NCBI RefSeq assembly: GCF_018350175.1
Contig: NC_058368.1
Span: forward strand, 12,462,001 to 12,526,000
DNA from: Felis catus
Lineage: Eukaryota
Length of the DNA: 64,000 bases
Direction: 5' to 3'
Shown: one piece after another, positions 62,262 to 64,000 of the stretch
Position numbering within the stretch: position 1 is the first letter of the stretch
Layout of the letters: the number at the start of each line of letters is the position of its first letter
Made by a program: the position numbers and the translations under genes
The notes under the pieces: generated by a model
Database searches by the model: none
Seen by the model: only the letters and a program-made list of their open reading frames with translations
What the model was told of the DNA's origin: nothing

Positions 62262-62370
62262 AAATTTTTTAATTGTGGCAAATTATATGTAACATAAAAT
62301 TTACCATCTTAACTATTTCTAGGTATAAGTTCAGTAGCGTTAAGTATATTCATGTTGTTGTGCAGCCAGT
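62262..62370 (-). mobile_element. L1MA-type 3' end fragment
   Basis: aattgtgg...taacataaaatttaccatcttaac...ttcagtagcgttaagtatattcatgttgttgtgca. Confidence 0.8.
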
Positions 62371-62475
62371 ATGATGAGGAGAAATACAAAATGGGCTGGC
62401 ATCACATGGCCATGATCAGATCATTTATCTCTAGGAAACAGACTTAATTTTTAAGTTTAAAAAGAGCACAAAATT

Positions 62476-62685
62476 GGGGTGCCTGTGTGGCCCAGTCAGT
62501 TAAGCGTCCGACTTCGGCTTATGTCATGATCTTACTGTTTGTGAATTCGAGCCCCATGTTGGGCTCTGTGCTGACAGCTCGGAGCCTGGAGCCTGCTTCA
62601 GATTCTATGTCTCCCCCGCTCTTTGCTCCTCCCCCACTCATGCTCTCTTTGCCTCTCAAAAATAAATAAACATTAAAAATTTTTT
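62476..62685 (+). mobile_element. Can-SINE
   Basis: TSD aaaaagagcacaaaat. Confidence 0.95.
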
Positions 62686-62764
62686 TAAAAAGAGCACAAA
62701 ATCAACTTCATTCCAAGGGCATATGTTGTCATATTTTTGTCTACAATTTCAACTATTTTAAAGA

Positions 62765-63100
62765 AGTAGGTTGAAGTAGCCCAGGTATCCAATGACAGAT
62801 GAATGATGGATAATCAAAATGTGGTATATATATTCAGCCTTAAAAAGGGAGGAAATTGTGAGACACAGGCTCACATGGATGAACCTTGGGGGCATTACGT
62901 CAAGTGAAAAGTCAGAAACAAAAAGACTAACACTGTATGATTCCACTCATATGAGGTCCCAAGGGTAGTCAAATCCATAGCGACAGAAAGTAGAATGCTG
63001 GCTGCCAGGGGCTGGGAAGGAGAAGAAAAGGAGAGCTGTTGCTTAACGGGTACAGAGTTCTCCAAGATGAAATATTTCTAGAGATTGGTTGCACGATAAT
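62765..63100 (+). mobile_element. L1 (L1MB-type) 3' fragment
   Basis: tggataatcaaaatgtggtatata...tcagccttaaaaaggga...catggatgaacctt...tgtatgattccactcatatgagg...gacagaaagtagaatg. Confidence 0.85.
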
Positions 63101-64000
63101 ATGAGGGCACAGAGATGTCAAGTCACTTACTCAAGGTCACCCAGCTGGTGTGGAATGGAATCATGGTGTAACTCAAACAGTGTGGTGCCAGAATCTTAGC
63201 CATTACACTATGAGTGAAGGAATAAAGAGAATAATGTTTCAATTTCAAAATGAGAGGAAAGAGGTAGCGAGTTTTCTCCTTCCCATTATGCATCACAATG
63301 TTCTTGTTTGGTGACAAATTGTACTGTGAATTATAGATGCTATGGGGCACAGGGTGGAAAGAGAAAATATTTCTGCTGCCTTTTCTCCTCTGCTGGCAGA
63401 GAAAAGCCCTGGCACACGAAGTTTTTCTCCACTCTGGATATCATGCTCAGTGCTTGGGCAGTGGAAGTTAGCATAGTACCTGCCTGACTAAATACTGTCA
63501 AATTTGTTTCAGAACATGGCAGGTCAGGACACACTAACATCCTTCTGGAAATAAGATACAGCCATCTGTATTTACCAGTCTTAACTGAAAGTGCTAATAC
63601 CTTACAAGGAAAGGATTATACTCCATAATTTCAACTTGCCTTTGTGTTATACACAGATGTCAACCTTGAGAGCAGTAACGTTTCCCAGCACATCTTCTTT
63701 ACAGTTTAATTTTCCCCTACCTTTCCCATGTAATGTCCTCTTTCTCCTGTCTTCTCTGCTCTGTGTCCTTCACCATGGAGTGTATATTTGATACAGCATC
63801 TCAGAATTCCTCTAATGCCACTTCAGTTGAACTTGGAAAACACTGAGGTGATTACTAATTTATTGCTGTCTACTCCTAAGTGCTTAATGCAAGCTTGATA
63901 AAAATCAATAGCTATGTGTGCCTCTCCATTGTAGGGATATGCTTGTGATATATGACTAGGTGAGGTAGTTGTTGGGTGATTTATTGAAAATCTTCTGAGA

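Noticed and set aside
1..64000. CRISPR array, operon, phage or other prokaryote-like or novel multi-gene system
   Set aside because: No regularly spaced repeat-spacer array, gene-dense segment or compositionally foreign insert was seen. The window reads as ordinary felid intronic and intergenic DNA.

Overview
This is mammalian genomic DNA from a felid, most likely cat, judged from about 24 tRNA-derived Can-SINE copies of the SINEC_Fc type. The one convincing coding feature is a minus-strand first coding exon (12957->12834) inside a CpG island. It encodes MTSKRKPFPTQLRRSISEQLRDSTARAWDLLWKNVRERRLA and ends at a phase-1 donor (CAG|GTCGGT). From memory this is an alternative N-terminus of the DLC-family RhoGAP STARD13; that assignment needs a BLAST check. 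On this reading, bases 1-12833 are intron and bases above about 13.4 kb are upstream or intergenic. The rest is interspersed repeats (Can-SINE, MIR, L1, L2, hAT and Tigger DNA transposons, ERV LTRs) and microsatellites. Repeat family names are recalled from consensus sequences and boundaries are approximate. I found no new multi-gene system. The most unusual structures are: (1) a SINE carrying an inverted copy of its own upstream flank, giving a long hairpin at 43221-43676; (2) two uORFs and a GC hairpin in the putative 5' leader, with one uORF stop overlapping the main ATG; (3) a strong antisense splice donor in the CpG island; and (4) a perfect 63-bp tandem duplication at 59849-59974.
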